Source: the human T2T-CHM13v2.0 reference genome, Homo sapiens
Assembly (NCBI RefSeq): GCF_009914755.1
Contig: NC_060925.1
Length of the DNA: 64,000 nucleotides
Direction: 5' to 3' (one strand)
Part shown: positions 13,804-29,167 of the stretch, piece by piece
How the letters are laid out: each line of letters begins with the position of its first letter
Numbering within the stretch: the stretch's first letter is position 1
The notes under the pieces: model-generated
Database searches by the model: none
Told to the model about the DNA's origin: nothing
Seen by the model: the letters and a program-made list of their open reading frames with translations, nothing else
Program-made: the position numbers and the translations under genes

Positions 13804-14806
13804 TGTGTTAGTCAACTATTGCTGCGTAGACTGTAACAAACTCAGGTTCAGTCACTTGCCACTTGCAGAGTCTAATTCACAAGAGCGAGGTCTGGCATAA
13901 AGAAAGTGACTTTATTCCATAGCTTAGCCTGGGGGAAGAGGTACAGGCTCCTGCCTTTAAGAGCACTGTTTTGCTTTTGGGGCAGAAAGCATGGACTTTT
14001 AAAGGGGGACTTGGCATGAATGGCATTCAGAGGAGGGAGTGAGCAGTTGGGGGTCTGCGTGACTCGCTTTCGTGCTTAATCTACTGGTGGTCGAGCTGGC
14101 TGCATCACAAGCAGAGCTAGGTTGTATAGTGGCCTTTGTCTCAAGACACTCTCCAGGTGGGAGAGCCTTCCATCAGGGACATACTTTAGGTTGCAAATTG
14201 ACTGTTGTCTCTTGAGGCAATCTCCTTGTGGGAGAGAGTTTCTGCCCTGGAGCTTCAAAGTAAGCACGTAGTTAGATAAGCTTCCAGTGTAGTGAGTGTC
14301 TGGTGAAGGGAAGGTAAAGGTTATGATTGCATTTCTGAAGAGCTAGGTAGGAAATGGGAACAGAGGAAAAGAAGGAAAGAGAAAAGAAGAAATAACTTAA
14401 AAAAAAACTCTCTCTCTTAGAAAAATGGGGATACTTGGTTACAAGACAACTTGAAGCTCTCAGTCGCATTCCACAGTAACTGTTTCTTTCTTGATTATGA
14501 ATTGGTGGGTCAGCTGTGGTGACACTTCTCTATGTATCTCTCATCTTTCTCCAGGGACCAGCAAGCTAGTGGGGGCATGATCTCCTTTCACAGAAGGGCA
14601 AGTGTGCAAGTGATACATATGGTGCCTCTGAAGCTTGGACTTAGAGCTGGCACACTGTCACTCATACCCACATGCCACTAGCCAAAGCAGGTCACATGAG
14701 TGAGCCCAAAGTTAGGCAAAAAAGCACACTCTGACCACAGTGCATTTACAGCAAGGGTATAGGTGCAGGGAGGGTCAAGATTGGGGCTAAAAATCAGTTT
14801 ACCCCA
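13804..14806 (-). mobile_element. MLT1-type MaLR LTR, split by the ERV1 LTR below
   Basis: tgtgttagtcaactattgctgcgt resumes after 14447 with MLT1 motifs (gagctggcacactgtcact, agccaaagcaggtcacatg, agcccaaagt). Confidence 0.7.
13832..14443 (-). mobile_element. ERV1-class solo LTR (LTR26-like), 612 bp
   Basis: Termini TGTAAC...GTTACA; perfect 4-bp TSD AGAC (13828-13831, 14444-14447); minus-strand AATAAA at 13911-13916 and TATA-like TTTAAAA near 13997-14003. Confidence 0.85.
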
Positions 14807-15284
14807 AGCCCACCTGGTCATTGCTCTCTCTGTGCCTCTGTGTAGTTCATGCCATAAAGCGTCGTTTAAGGCCTCTGCTAAATTTTCTTCATCCTCCCAA
14901 CACCCACATTGAAATTTTATTTACTCCAGCATTCTATCATTTTGTTAATCTCTCTAACATAAATATTAGGAAGTTTGTGGGATTGTGTTAAATACAGCAG
15001 GAATACAATGGGGAGAGAACTTCACCAATCAAGGGAGATACTTTTTCTAGCCCTGCAGGGCTCTGGGGGAAGAATTACCAGAATCCAATGTCAAGACAGT
15101 TCCAGTACCCTAGATATTACTGAATATCACATTTTAAATATGACGAGTTAAGGTCTTGTCTGTGTTTCTTCACTTAAATTAATTCGCAAGGAGAAGAAGT
15201 TTTCAAAATCCCACAATGATCACAGATGGTGGCAGATGAGTGATAGTGATAGGCCCACTTTTTAACCATTTGTAACCCATTATT

Positions 15285-15730
15285 TCTGTGGTCTCTTATT
15301 GTGTAACAAATACCCCAAACATAGTACCTTGAAACATAACCAGCTTATTATTCCTCACGATTCTGGGGGATGGCTGGAGTTCATCTGTTGTTCTCTCCCG
15401 GGCTCAGTCATGCAGCTGCATACAGCTGGGATCTCAGCTGAACTCAGCTATCCCAGATGGATTTGGGCTTCTGTCCACAAGGCCACTCTTTCCAGCTGGG
15501 TAGCCAAACTTTTCAGCCCGGCTTCCAAGAGAAAAAGTGGAAGCTGCCAGGCCTCTTAGGACCTGAGCTTGAAAGTTCAAGAATGCTACATTTGCTGCCT
15601 TCTGTTGATGAAAGCAAGTCATAAGACCAGCCTAGAGTTGAGGGAATAGAGTCTCTCCACCTCTTGAGAATGTGCCCGTAGAAAGAGGAGGAATTGTTGG
15701 GAGCCGTCTTTGGAGACCAACGCCCATTGC
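15285..15730 (-). mobile_element. Old MLT1 MaLR LTR
   Basis: gtgtaacaaataccccaaacatagt...ggaagctgccaggcctctt...aaagcaagtcataagaccagcc...gccgtctttggagac. Confidence 0.75.
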
Positions 15731-17080
15731 AAGAGGAAATTATGACTCCATGACTGGGATATATTTCAACCTGGACAATTATATTCTGCTTTCTAAAATA
15801 CCCCTCTGTTTTTCACCGAATAAAGTGACCTTATTTATGCTTTAAAAGCTAAACATTTAAAATGTTTTAAATGTTATTACCACATGTTGTTGAAGATGTG
15901 ACAAAGTCTGTGAAGGGTGGCATATTTGGGGATGGCTCTGAAGTATGTGTCTCTGAGTGTGTGTACACACACATTTGATCCTTTTCCTAAAGGTGTTAAT
16001 TTAATTTCAAAGCTTCTGAAGACATCCTCAGGAGCTTTGATGCCCAATGTGTTTATACAAATGGTAATTTCCATTTTTTTGAAGCAGTTTGGGCGCCATG
16101 ATGTCTTGGTTATTTAGGAGCTCCACCACAACAAATGTGTGTGACAGAATTTCTGTAGCATGTTCCACCATGCAGAATTAAATGCTAAATGGGCATCTTG
16201 ACTCCTAGATTTCAGAAAATTTAGGAAATCATTGACAAGGAACTTCACCAGTGATATTTACTTACATATTTTCTTTCACTTTAAGTGTTGAAGCATAAAA
16301 AGTTTCAGATCTAAAGTTCTGCCTGACACACTGTGGCCCTTTCAGAGGTCAGATCCACTTCAGAAGGTTTCATCTTCAGATTGGAATTTTCCTTCTCTCA
16401 GTTGTCAGGGCAGATGTGAATAGTGGTCAGCAGATCTGCTGAGGTCATTCAGAGGACAGCTGAGCAGATTGCCAAGACCAGCTTGCAAAAAGTAAGTGAC
16501 CAACAGGTTCAAGTTATCATGAACTGGTTAAGCAAGTTCTAGAAGGCCAAGTGCTTATTGGATTTCTTTCAACAGTCATTCTCTTAGACAACTAAAGTGG
16601 GTGCATAGAACACATTTAGGCCTTATTAGGGAAATTAATACGTCAGGCTTGAGATCATGATCTCTCCTGCAGCCCGCCCCCAAGTGGGGAGAAACTCTTA
16701 CAGTTATATTGACTTCCTTTTCTGCGCTTTTTCTGTTTCCAGTGTTTCAATAATGTAGGCTTTAAACTTGAGTCACTTTTGGCTTTTGCAGTTAGTTTCC
16801 AGATCCTATAAATCTCACTCTCTCCTAGCATTGCTTTTCTTACCACCACTGTAGTTTAGGCTGTGACAGCCCATCACCCCAAGAACTGCAGTGTCCTCAG
16901 GAGGAATCTCCTGTTAACCTCCTTTATTGCTTGTTTGTTCCTTTGCTTGTTTTTGGTCTGTTTTTACTTCTTCATTTTTTGGCACCACTATCAGATCAGC
17001 TTTTTAAAGTACTCCTCTGTTGGTATTAAATCTTCTCTAGAACTTTCTGTTTGTGCCAATAAATCCCAAATCCTTAGTGA

Positions 17081-17770
<690 letters not shown>

Positions 17771-18112
17771 TGAGAGGACAGAGGGCTCCCAGATGGCCAA
17801 GGAGCTGGAGGCAGAGAGATTGTTCAGGAATCAGGTTGGGCACTGACTGAACCAGCCCTCCCATATAACTAAGGTGGCCTGCACTGCTGCCAAGTTTGGC
17901 TTAAGCCTGATGTTTATAAACATCCCTTTAAATGGAGGGGCTTAGATTATTGCAGTAAATTCTTCTGGAATGATGGTGTGAGACTGAGCAGCAGTAAAGC
18001 GAGCAAGAATTTGGCTGCTTTCTTTCACTTGGACTTTGTATTGCTATGTGGCTTCAGTTAAGTTCTGATCCTTGGGTGTACCTAAATGAGAGCATATAAC
18101 AGATGCTTGTGG

Positions 18113-18113
<1 letters not shown>

Positions 18114-18151
<38 letters not shown>
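18114..18151. repeat. (TG)19 microsatellite
   Basis: Perfect run. Confidence 0.97.
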
Positions 18152-18152
<1 letters not shown>

Positions 18153-18378
18153 TGGTGTTATGCCAATCTATTACTCATCTAAAATGCTGTGAGACCTATT
18201 TCACAAGGTTATGGTGAAAATTAAATGAGAAAATACATCAGATTTATTCAGAAATTAAAAGCACTTGGAGGCAAAGTCATAATTCACTGTTTATGTCTCA
18301 TAATTTTTGATTGCATTCAGCGAAGATGGATTAAAGATACCTGTGTTTGTGGACAGTAACAGAGAGAATAATGTTTGT

Positions 18379-18693
18379 CAGTGCAGTCCAGCACAGTACC
18401 CATGAGCCACATGTGGCTATTGAGCATGAGAAACGTGACTAGTCCTAATTGAGATGTGCTGTAAGTGTAAAATGAGCTTTTAAGTTTCATATTAAATGAA
18501 TATTTAATATGAAAAAAGAATATAAAATAGCTTATTAATAATTATTGATTACATGTTAAATGATATATTTTAGATCTATCAGGTTAAATAAAATATATGA
18601 AGATGAATTTCACCTGCTGCTTTTTATCTAATGTGGCTACTAGAAGCATTAAAAGTACACACATAACTCACATATTTCTATTGCACAGTGCTG
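18379..18693. mobile_element. MER33-like hAT-Charlie DNA transposon
   Basis: TIR-like ends cagtgcagtcca and ctattgcacagtgctg; agccacatgtggctattgagca motif; 8-bp flanks atgtttgt and atttatgt (6/8 match). Confidence 0.8.
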
Positions 18694-20924
18694 ATTTATG
18701 TGACTGAGAGGTAGCAGTGGTAGTGTGAGAATTTCCTTCTCTTTCAAGTTTTAGTTTTTATTGGATCTAAGAGAAAAGGAGTTTGATGGAGGCAGTGGCC
18801 CTCATTTTCTGCTTGGAATCTCTATGCATTAAGTGAGCACTAGGTGTGTACACTCAGCCTTTTGTGTGTCAGGGGGTGATTTGGGCAAAGAGGGGTACAT
18901 GGGGGACCACCAGAGAGGCAGAATTGGGAGGCAGCTTGGCCAATGAACAGGAGCAATGCCACCTTGCTCCTCTCTGTGCTGCTTAGTGATAGACTTTAGC
19001 TGCCTCTACTGTAGCTGTTTTGCTGGCATAAGGAAGCTTCTGTTGGCTTCTGAAGCTGTTATTTCCCGAAGGTGAGAGAGAAAATCATGTTTCCCTTTTT
19101 CTGTTTTTAGTGAATCATAGGAGACAGTAAAGAGCCCTAAGGGCAGGAGAAGTGTTTGACGGATTTGTGATAGGCCAGATTATAGTCATAAAAGCTGAGA
19201 AATTTAAGTCAAGATAAGTGAGGAACATGGTCTTGGGTTTAGGCTTTGAAGACTCCCTGATGTCTTGAGCTGAGCCTCAGAAAGGTCTTAATGGCTCGAA
19301 GTGCACATGGGGCTCATGGAATCACAGAAGCCAGTCGACCTTGGCTCAGAGCTTTTAACTGCATTCTTCTGAAGTAAAAGTGCTCAGCCCAGTGTCTGAC
19401 TCAGAGAAGGTGCTCAAAATATGTTAGTTTTATTTCCTTTTAGGTGGTTCCTGGGCCATGCTGATGCTCATTTCAATAGGGAAAATGAAACATGCGTGTA
19501 TGTGAGCATGGAATGGAGTAGTTGTGAATTCTGTCTTACCAGCTGGGGTTTGATTCCAGTGTCACCACTGCCTGTGCTGTTTTGGATTTATAACTTAGCT
19601 GCATTTGTTTCCAAATCTATAATATGGAGGTAATAATGGTATCCACCACTTGGAGTTCTGAGGAGGAACACATAGTTAATAAGGAGAGCGTCCAGAACAA
19701 GGCCAGTGCACAATTAGCATGGAAGCACTTGTTATAAATAGTAGATGGGCCTGAGTAGACTGGCCCCACCTCTTCACTCTCCTCCCCTCGGCCAGCACAA
19801 AATAGATACCATGCTAGATGCCGCCTTGATGCCAAGTTTGGTCTAGCTGAGGTAAAGCCAGCAAAAATTTCTACTTGGAAACGTTTTCTATGACAGAAAG
19901 TTAAGAAATGCTCTATACTTTCTATATTAAAAAAAAAATCCAAGTGCTACTTTTCCTTCCCTTGCCAGCTGGTATCATGAGCCTGTTCTTTTGAAGTTAG
20001 AGAGATAAGTAGAAAATAAGACCATTTGTCACTCCCTGCTGCCAGGCAGCTGGGTTGCAAGATGAGGGAGCACCTGAGTTTTCAGAGACCATTGGCAGGG
20101 ACACGCTGGCAGGGCCCTCCAAGTCCCTTTGGTTTTCTTCAATTACTCCCTTGCCCCTTCAAGTGCTTGTATTGTCTGTAGCAGTGGAGACCTGCTGGGT
20201 GCTTCCTGGCCCTCTGGCACCATTCAGTGAAAGGTGAAAGGACTGGAGCTGCAGGCAAGGCCTGCTTGGGGATGAGGGAAGTTCTCAAAACGTGCCTCAG
20301 TGACAAGAGAGGAAGTCAAAGGTTTCTTTACCTATTGCACTTCCCCTTGGAGTTATTTTCTCCTGAGTGACACTACAGATTCAGACATTCAAAACAATGG
20401 CTTCTTCCTGGACTCCTGGCTGGTGTGACTGAAGGGACCTGCCTTGCTATGAGCACCTCTCCAGGCAGCCCCTACCTGGCCCCTGGGCCTCATTAGGCCC
20501 TGGCTGTCCTCCGTAGAGACTAGTACAGCTCCTGCCTTCTGCACTTGGAACTTTACATGTGACTGGTTATTTTGCCCCTGAACCGTTACAACTTGGATTT
20601 GTGCTTTACGGTGTATGAGGCTTTTTCAAACGTAATTATTATCATGATTATCCCTACTTGATAGAAGGGGAAACTGAAGTTAAAAACTACCCCAGTTCAC
20701 TTAAGAAGTGGGACGGTGGCTACAATGGCAGATGCTGACTCGACTAAGGGAGATTCCTCCTTGGGAATAACACATTGATATTAAGTCCAAACCAACATTT
20801 GCTCAGAAGTCTTTGAGAAGTCATTGTTAACTGGCCACTTGAGGTCAGACTCAGTTTTTAAATGAGGATGTCTGGAGATTCTAATATGGTCATTAGGGCT
20901 ATTTTCCGTGGAACTGAAATACAA

Positions 20925-21170
20925 TGTTATGGTAAGCACACAGACTGAAAATCTGGCAGATTGTTTTCAGATCCTGGCTCGGCTACTCACTAACATGTAG
21001 TCTTGGCAAATTTTTGAGGCTCTTTTTGCCTGGGTTTTCCCATCTGTGTAGTGTGGGGAATAAAACTAGTACTTGCCTGCCTTCATAGGGCTGTTGTGAG
21101 ACTAAAATGTATTAATATTTGTAAATCTTAGCATAGTACTTGGCACATGATAAGCACTGAGTTAGTATGC
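20925..21170 (+). mobile_element. MIR SINE, near full length
   Basis: cttggcaaat...ttcccatctgt...catagggctgttgtgag...tggcacatgataagcac. Confidence 0.8.
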
Positions 21171-21877
21171 TCATCATCATATTAGCAGCCTGCAGTTGCG
21201 CAGACCTCTGACCTATGCAGTTTGCATTTCTGAAAATGGTTGCTTGGTTTCCTCTGATTACGCTGGAGGAGAATGCGTCATCAGTTTATTTGTAGATGTA
21301 TAATTCTCTAAACTTAAAAGATGATCAATTGTCCATGTAATACTTATCTCTTTTAGATTTTAAGATATGTGTGTTCCTATGGTTTGTTCTTTCTCTGGTT
21401 TGACCTAGACCAGTTTCTGTACTGTGTAAGATGTATACGTGAATATTTGTCTTTTAAATGAAAAGACCAAAGGACATGCATGATTCAGGAATGATGAATA
21501 TAATATTATGCCTCATTTCTTTCAAAGTGTAGTTTAAAAGAAATCCCACCATAGAGGTTAACAAATACATTTTTTGCTTATCAACCATAAATCTATACAT
21601 GAGTGTGTGTGTCTTGTTTATCATGCAGAGTGAGATGTTGGTAGAAGTAAGGAGTAAAGCACCATGAGAGGGCTAGAGGCAGCAGACACAGATGATGCCC
21701 CAGTGATTGTAATGGGATAAATGCATCCATAAGCAGCTGAAATAAAAAGATATACCAATTAATTGGGTACCATTTCAATTCACATTTTATTCTTTGAAGA
21801 TATTCTGTTATTTGTGATTATAATATTAAAAATGAAATCCCCCAATTTATCTCTTCATATTAGAATTTTTCAGATTA

Positions 21878-23030
<1,153 letters not shown>

Positions 23031-23399
23031 GTGCATAAAAGAAGTGTTTGAAAGGCCATTCACCAAAACTTTTACGATGGCAGTCTCTTTATTGTGAAGT
23101 TTCAGGTGATTCTTAATTTCTTCTTTGTATTTTTCTGTGTGTCTTGAATCTTTTATGTTTAACATTTATCATTCACTACAACTGTTTATTTTGATAAATA
23201 TAATTCAAATGTTTCCATCTCCAGAAGGCCTTTAGTTGTGTTTTCAGGGCAATGGTGAAATCTATCCCAGAGGAGAAAGCACTATCACTGGAAATAGCCC
23301 CAGGGCAACAGGGATCTGACTGATAGAAATGTTAGCCCAGGCATACAGATGGAGTCTGATGACTGGCACTTGTTGGTTTCATTTAAAACCTAGCATTTC

Positions 23400-23760
23400 A
23401 CTTCATCCTAAGAAGCACTCGTTGACTACCTTGCATGAATTAGGTGCTGTGCTAGGCACGGAGGCTGTAAAGACGGGTTAAACCTGGTCCCTGCCTTTAA
23501 GGAACTGGTAAAGATGCAATAGATGGACATCTTGACAGAAAATGTCAGTACCATAGGGTGATAAGGCAAAAGGTCTCTTTTTCCAAGGAGTGGGGGAAGA
23601 CTTGTAAAGAGGATGATTAAAGCCTCAGCTGAGTCTTAAAATATGAATACCAGCCAAAGGAACTAAGTGAGACAGAGCAGGAGGTTTAGGCTGAGAGTCA
23701 GTGAGAACAAAGGCTTAGAGGTACACCACACATACAATATAGCAGGGGAGACTGGGAAAC
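23400..23760 (-). mobile_element. L2 fragment
   Basis: ggtgctgtgctaggcacggagg...ggtccctgcctttaaggaact. Confidence 0.55.
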
Positions 23761-24214
23761 TTTAACCAACTGGTGGAGACATAACTTTAGAGAATCTCAC
23801 ATTAACGGCAGGAGTCTTAAATATTTGAAAATTTTACTCTGGATTTTTTTTCAAGACACTTAAAAGCTCACATAGACAATGTAAGAATCATGTTAGGGAT
23901 TGGCAGTTAGGTGAAGATTTAGAAAACAGAAAATTTGATGCTAATTCCTTAAGCTGTCTAAGTGTTCAGCCTCACCTCAGGTTAGATGATTATGAACCCT
24001 GAGTAATAATGCCAGAACATGGCCTTATGTAGATGAGACCGTTTACCAGGAAGGGTTAGTAATGATTATCTCTGGGTGGTGCTGATTACTAGTTAGTTTT
24101 TGTACTTCTTTTATATTTTCCAAATATTCTACATCCCTTTTTCTAAAGAAGTTTTGTGAAAAAAAAAAAGCATTTTATAACTATGTAGGTGGTGACATTG
24201 AGAAAGAACTTGTG

Positions 24215-24385
24215 GAGCAAGGTATAGTGGCTAATCATATTAATTTGGGAACCAAACTGATAGGTTCCTCATTTGTAAAATTGGAACCTACCTCATAAGA
24301 TGCTATGAGGATTAAATGAATTAATAAGTAATAAAACACTTAAAATAATGCCTGGCACACAAAAAGTGCTGTATAAATAATCAGT
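24215..24385 (+). mobile_element. MIR
   Basis: ttcctcatttgtaaaa...cctacctcata...gaggattaaatga...tgcctggcaca. Confidence 0.75.
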
Positions 24386-24570
24386 GAACTTTATTTAGAA
24401 AGTTCTCTGGATTATTCTCTCATAAACAGCACATTTTCATCTTTATGACAGTAAAGTTTAGCATAGTGCTTTTTTTAATAAGAAGAATAAAAACTTCATT
24501 CAGAAAAAGCAAAACTTTTTCCTTAAAGTTCATTTACCTGCAGATATCATTAGTGTGTGTAGTACTTTCC

Positions 24571-24920
<350 letters not shown>

Positions 24921-27149
24921 TAGCAAAGTTCTGGGCCACAGGCTATGAATCATCAATGACAGTGACCTTCGGGGCTTTGCTAGCTCACATGACACTGGTT
25001 AAGTGGTTTGGTTTCATTTTGCCTGTTTTCAGCCCTGCACCCAAGAGGTTGCTTAAGCTATGAGAACAAAAGTAAAGATAGGAAATAACTATGATATAAT
25101 TCCATATCTCAAGTTTATTTTTAGCTAACGGGCCTTGTCTTGCTCTTCATTCTGAGGCGTAAAGTCTCTTAGGAAGAGAAGGAATCAGAAGCATGATGCA
25201 GAGTTTGACAATGACTAATTTGAAACGGAGCCATCTTCATTCTTTGTAACTTTAATCTCAATTTCTCAGTTTTTCTCAAATTTTCTACTGTAAGCAAACC
25301 TTCACAGAAATAACTCCTCTTAGAGATCACAGTGAGCTATGTGCTGTGTAAGGTTTTATTAGAACAAGCACATAAACAAAAACAAGTGGCTGTAAAGCCC
25401 AGTGAGCCCAGTTTATAGAGAAGCCATTGACTTGCCTGCAGAACCTGGTTACATTTGGATTCTGCCACAGAGTAACCATGCTACAGGGTGACCTCTGTGG
25501 GCTCTGGTTTCTGCGTCTTGGGAGTGAGTGGGTGGAACTGTGTGATTGCTATGGGAGTGTTGAGTGCTAATGTTCAAAGGTTCTATTTACCTGCTCCCCA
25601 CACTATGGACAATTCACTCAACTGTGTGGTGTCAGTTTCTTTCCTGCAGTGGAGCCATTGGCAAGATTATATATGATTATTGCTTTGTTGATTGCTCTCA
25701 GAAAAAAATGGTGGTGGTGGTAGTGTTCAGCTATTAAAAGCTTTATGGTCCAGAGTTGACCAAATTGTTAATTGCATTGTGATATTTACTTTTTCAATGA
25801 AAAATTAGAAAGAAGTATCACCAATATCTTCTGTAGCTTCAGAACATTACCATGAGCCTGAAGGTGAGAAAGCTTGAAGTGTGTGGAGTTGTATCTCTGC
25901 TTCCACCTTGGCTGGCTGGTTTGTAAATTTATCTTTCATCCACTGATGCTTAAATTGGTGCTGTGCAGCTGCTGCTAGTCAGTGAAGGATTCCATTTGTT
26001 GGCTTTCTGTTTAAAGGTTTGTGGTAGAAGTCAGGGTAGGGTAGATTGGTCCTGTTGTTTGAAAAGGATAATGAAATATCTAATAGAAGACAGTTATAAA
26101 CAAAATCTAGGCCAAAAGGAGAACATTTAATTTCCCAGGTTGCTGATTTTCTCAAGAGCTACTGTACTATGATCTGATCACTCTGAGAGTGTGGTTTTGT
26201 TTATTAACTTATATAGCTGTACTCTGTTGGTCCAGCCAGACTATAATAGGGCAAGAAGAAGTAAAAATTTACAGAAAGTCAGATTCTAAAGGATTATATT
26301 TCTGTGGCTATAATATTAAGTATATATAAAATTCTCTAAAATGTAACTCACAACACATGTTTAAACTATGAATAAAAATGGTCTTTGACAGTTTTTTAAA
26401 GGTTACATAATTAAAGTTTCTTGGTTGGAACAGCCATAGCTGGGGAAGATGCCTGCTGGAGAGGACACAGGCCGTGAGGAATACAATGTTTATAGTCAGC
26501 TTTCTTCATAGTAATAATCTGTGCTGGAAGCTATAATATAAATGTACATTTACATTTTATCTAAAAATAATTTTAAAAGTTTATGTACATGGCTATAAGC
26601 ATTGAAGGTAAAAGAGTAAGGGTGAAGTGAAAAATCATGATGTTAAATAGCACATCTTTGAAGCTAATTAATTCCTTCAAATTGCAAAACAGTCACACGA
26701 GTACAAATCTTTATTTAGACTACGTTTGATTTTCATTTGAAAACCACATTCAAGACAAGCTAAATTACATTTAAATTCCCTTCCAGCTATAGATATGCAT
26801 GCCTCACTGTATAAATGTCACTGTTGATTTTGATCTATAACCAAAGAAGAAATTGTCAAATTATGTATGAAATAGGATTTTATTTTTAATGTGGCACCAA
26901 GTATTTTTGCATTTATTGTGTTAGCTGTTTAACACAATATTTTTTCATTAACCTTTTAGTCTTCATTGCCTTCTGTCACTCAAGAGATGTCTTTTTATCT
27001 GAAAGTGTTTATAAGATCTTGAGTTTGGAGTGCAGCTTTCCTCCTTTGTTTCTTGCCTTGTTTCCCATGATGCAATTGTTAAATGGCCAGCATGTTAAAA
27101 TGAAAGACAATGTGCTTTTAACTCTGATGGAACTCTGAAAATTAAAGTT

Positions 27150-27800
27150 ATTCATTTAAGAACTATTGGTTGAGCAAATACTATAAACTGGATTTTACTA
27201 AGAGATATAACATGTAATATGATAATGATTGCCCTCATTTGGCTCACATTCTAGCAGGTAATAAAGGTAATAAAAAGAGAGACAAACATGTACTGTCAGG
27301 GAAAAGTGTCATGAGAATACAAAAGGGGATGGAGAGTTGACAGGATGGCTGTTTCAGAGTCATCTGTCAGAGAAGGTCTATCTGAGGAACTGACCTTTGA
27401 GCAAACCATGAGAATACCTGGGAACAGAATGTTTCAGGCAGAGAAACAACAAAGCCAAATTTCTGAGAGGGAGCTGGCTAGTGGATTCCAGGAAGAAGCC
27501 TGATGCCCTTGTGCCAGTAGGGTGATGGGTGACAAACTCACAGAGGCAGTCCAGGGCCGGACTGTACTGCTCTGTACACTGGCTTCTGTTCTAAAGGTAA
27601 TAGAAGTCAGGAGAGGGTTTTGAGTGCAGGGGAGTGATGAGGTCTGACTGCTACGTAGGGAATAGACTATAGGAAGAGAGTGAAGCAGTTGACCAGTTAG
27701 AGTCTTGCTCAGTAGTCCTAGCAAGAGATGTTGGTGGTCTGGATTAGGGAGGTATGAATGGAGATAATGAGATATGGGCGGGCTTGGGATATTGGGGAAT
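27150..27800 (-). mobile_element. L2 fragment
   Basis: gtcagagaaggtctatctgagga...tttgagca...gggttttgagtgcaggggagtga...agcaagagatgttggtgg. Confidence 0.7.
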
Positions 27801-28868
27801 GATTAAATATGAGCTTCATTAGAGCATATTGTATCTGTGGTTTTCTCTGTTAAGGGCAGCAGTGGGAGGTAGAATTTTGTACCAATACAAGCTCCTCTTT
27901 AGTGGTGGCTTGCAGGAGGCAGAGTTTTTATGTTTTAGAGCAATGACCATGGTCTGAGGCTTAGCAACATGGAATGAAAAATGAAATTTGAAAATTGTGA
28001 AAGCAAAGATTTTTAAGATGGGGCTGTAAGGATTAATAGGGTCAAAATTCTACATTAATGTTTTTTGCTTTTGCTTTTTTTTTTTTTTTACCTTCTTGAG
28101 GCAAATTTGTTTGATGCTAGCTGGGATAAAAAGAACATCATTAACAGTTAAATTCCTACTTCAGTTTCCAGGGCTCAGCTGTACCCAGGCACAGGGCATG
28201 GCCCAAGTGAGGAGAAGTGCTGCAGCCCTAGAACCTCCTGGGACTGCAGTTCATCTGCACAGCATGTCATCGTCACACAGTGACATCTCATTTCATTCAA
28301 CCTGAGAGTGAAGGGGTTTCAGACATGGCTTGCTTGTTCATTTTTAGCAAGTTTCTTAAGGGCCAGGGTGCCCGAAGAGGCAAGTTTCTACTCTCGCCTC
28401 CCTTCCTGTAACAGCCACCTCCCTTTCACCTGGCTCTTGCCTTCCCCCCGCAACATAGACTCTCATCCCTACACTCTTTTGTTCCTCATGGAACTCTGAG
28501 CTCCAGTTTCTGATCTCCAAGAGCTGCTCTGAGCTTTGATCCCTGTTCCCATCCTCTTCACTTGTACCCACCATCCCAGTTCAGTTTATCTTTCTTTTTA
28601 TGTCTTCCCAGAATAGGAGCAGTGCTCTATGAGAAGACAGAACAAATACGCAAATGAAGCATAGATCTCTGTGGAGGTCAAACCAAGCCCCCAGATAATT
28701 TCCCATTCTGAATCTCCTTTCTGCTTTGCATTGTTACCTTTTAAAGAAAAAATTAACGTCAATATACTTACTCATCTTCCCTCCCTCCCCCCACTACCAG
28801 CATCACCATCAAATAGCATCAATATTCTCTGTAAAAGACACTGTTTTTGTTTATTACAAGATATGGTG

Positions 28869-29167
28869 GGCCAGGTGTGGTGGCTCATGCGTGTAATTCC
28901 AGCACTTTGGGAGGCCAAGGCGGGTGGATCGTGAGGTCAGGAGTTCAAGACCAGCCTGGCCAAGATGGTGAAACCCCATCTCTACTAAAAATACAAAAAT
29001 TAGCCTGGCATGGTGGCAGGTGACGTAATCTCAGCTACTCGGGAGACTGAGGCAGAGAATTGCTTGAACCCGGGAGGCAGAGGTTGCAGTGAGCCAAGAT
29101 CGTGCCACTGCACTCCAGCCTGGGTGACAGAGTGAGACTCTGTCTCAAAAAAAAAAAAAAAAAAAAA
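28869..29167 (+). mobile_element. AluS (Sg-like) with 11-bp TSD
   Basis: TSD aagatatggtg at 28858-28868 and 29168-29178; pure A tail of about 23 nt. Confidence 0.96.

Noticed and set aside
16427-16442. Perfect 16-bp palindrome TCAGCAGATCTGCTGA
   Set aside because: About one is expected by chance in 64 kb.
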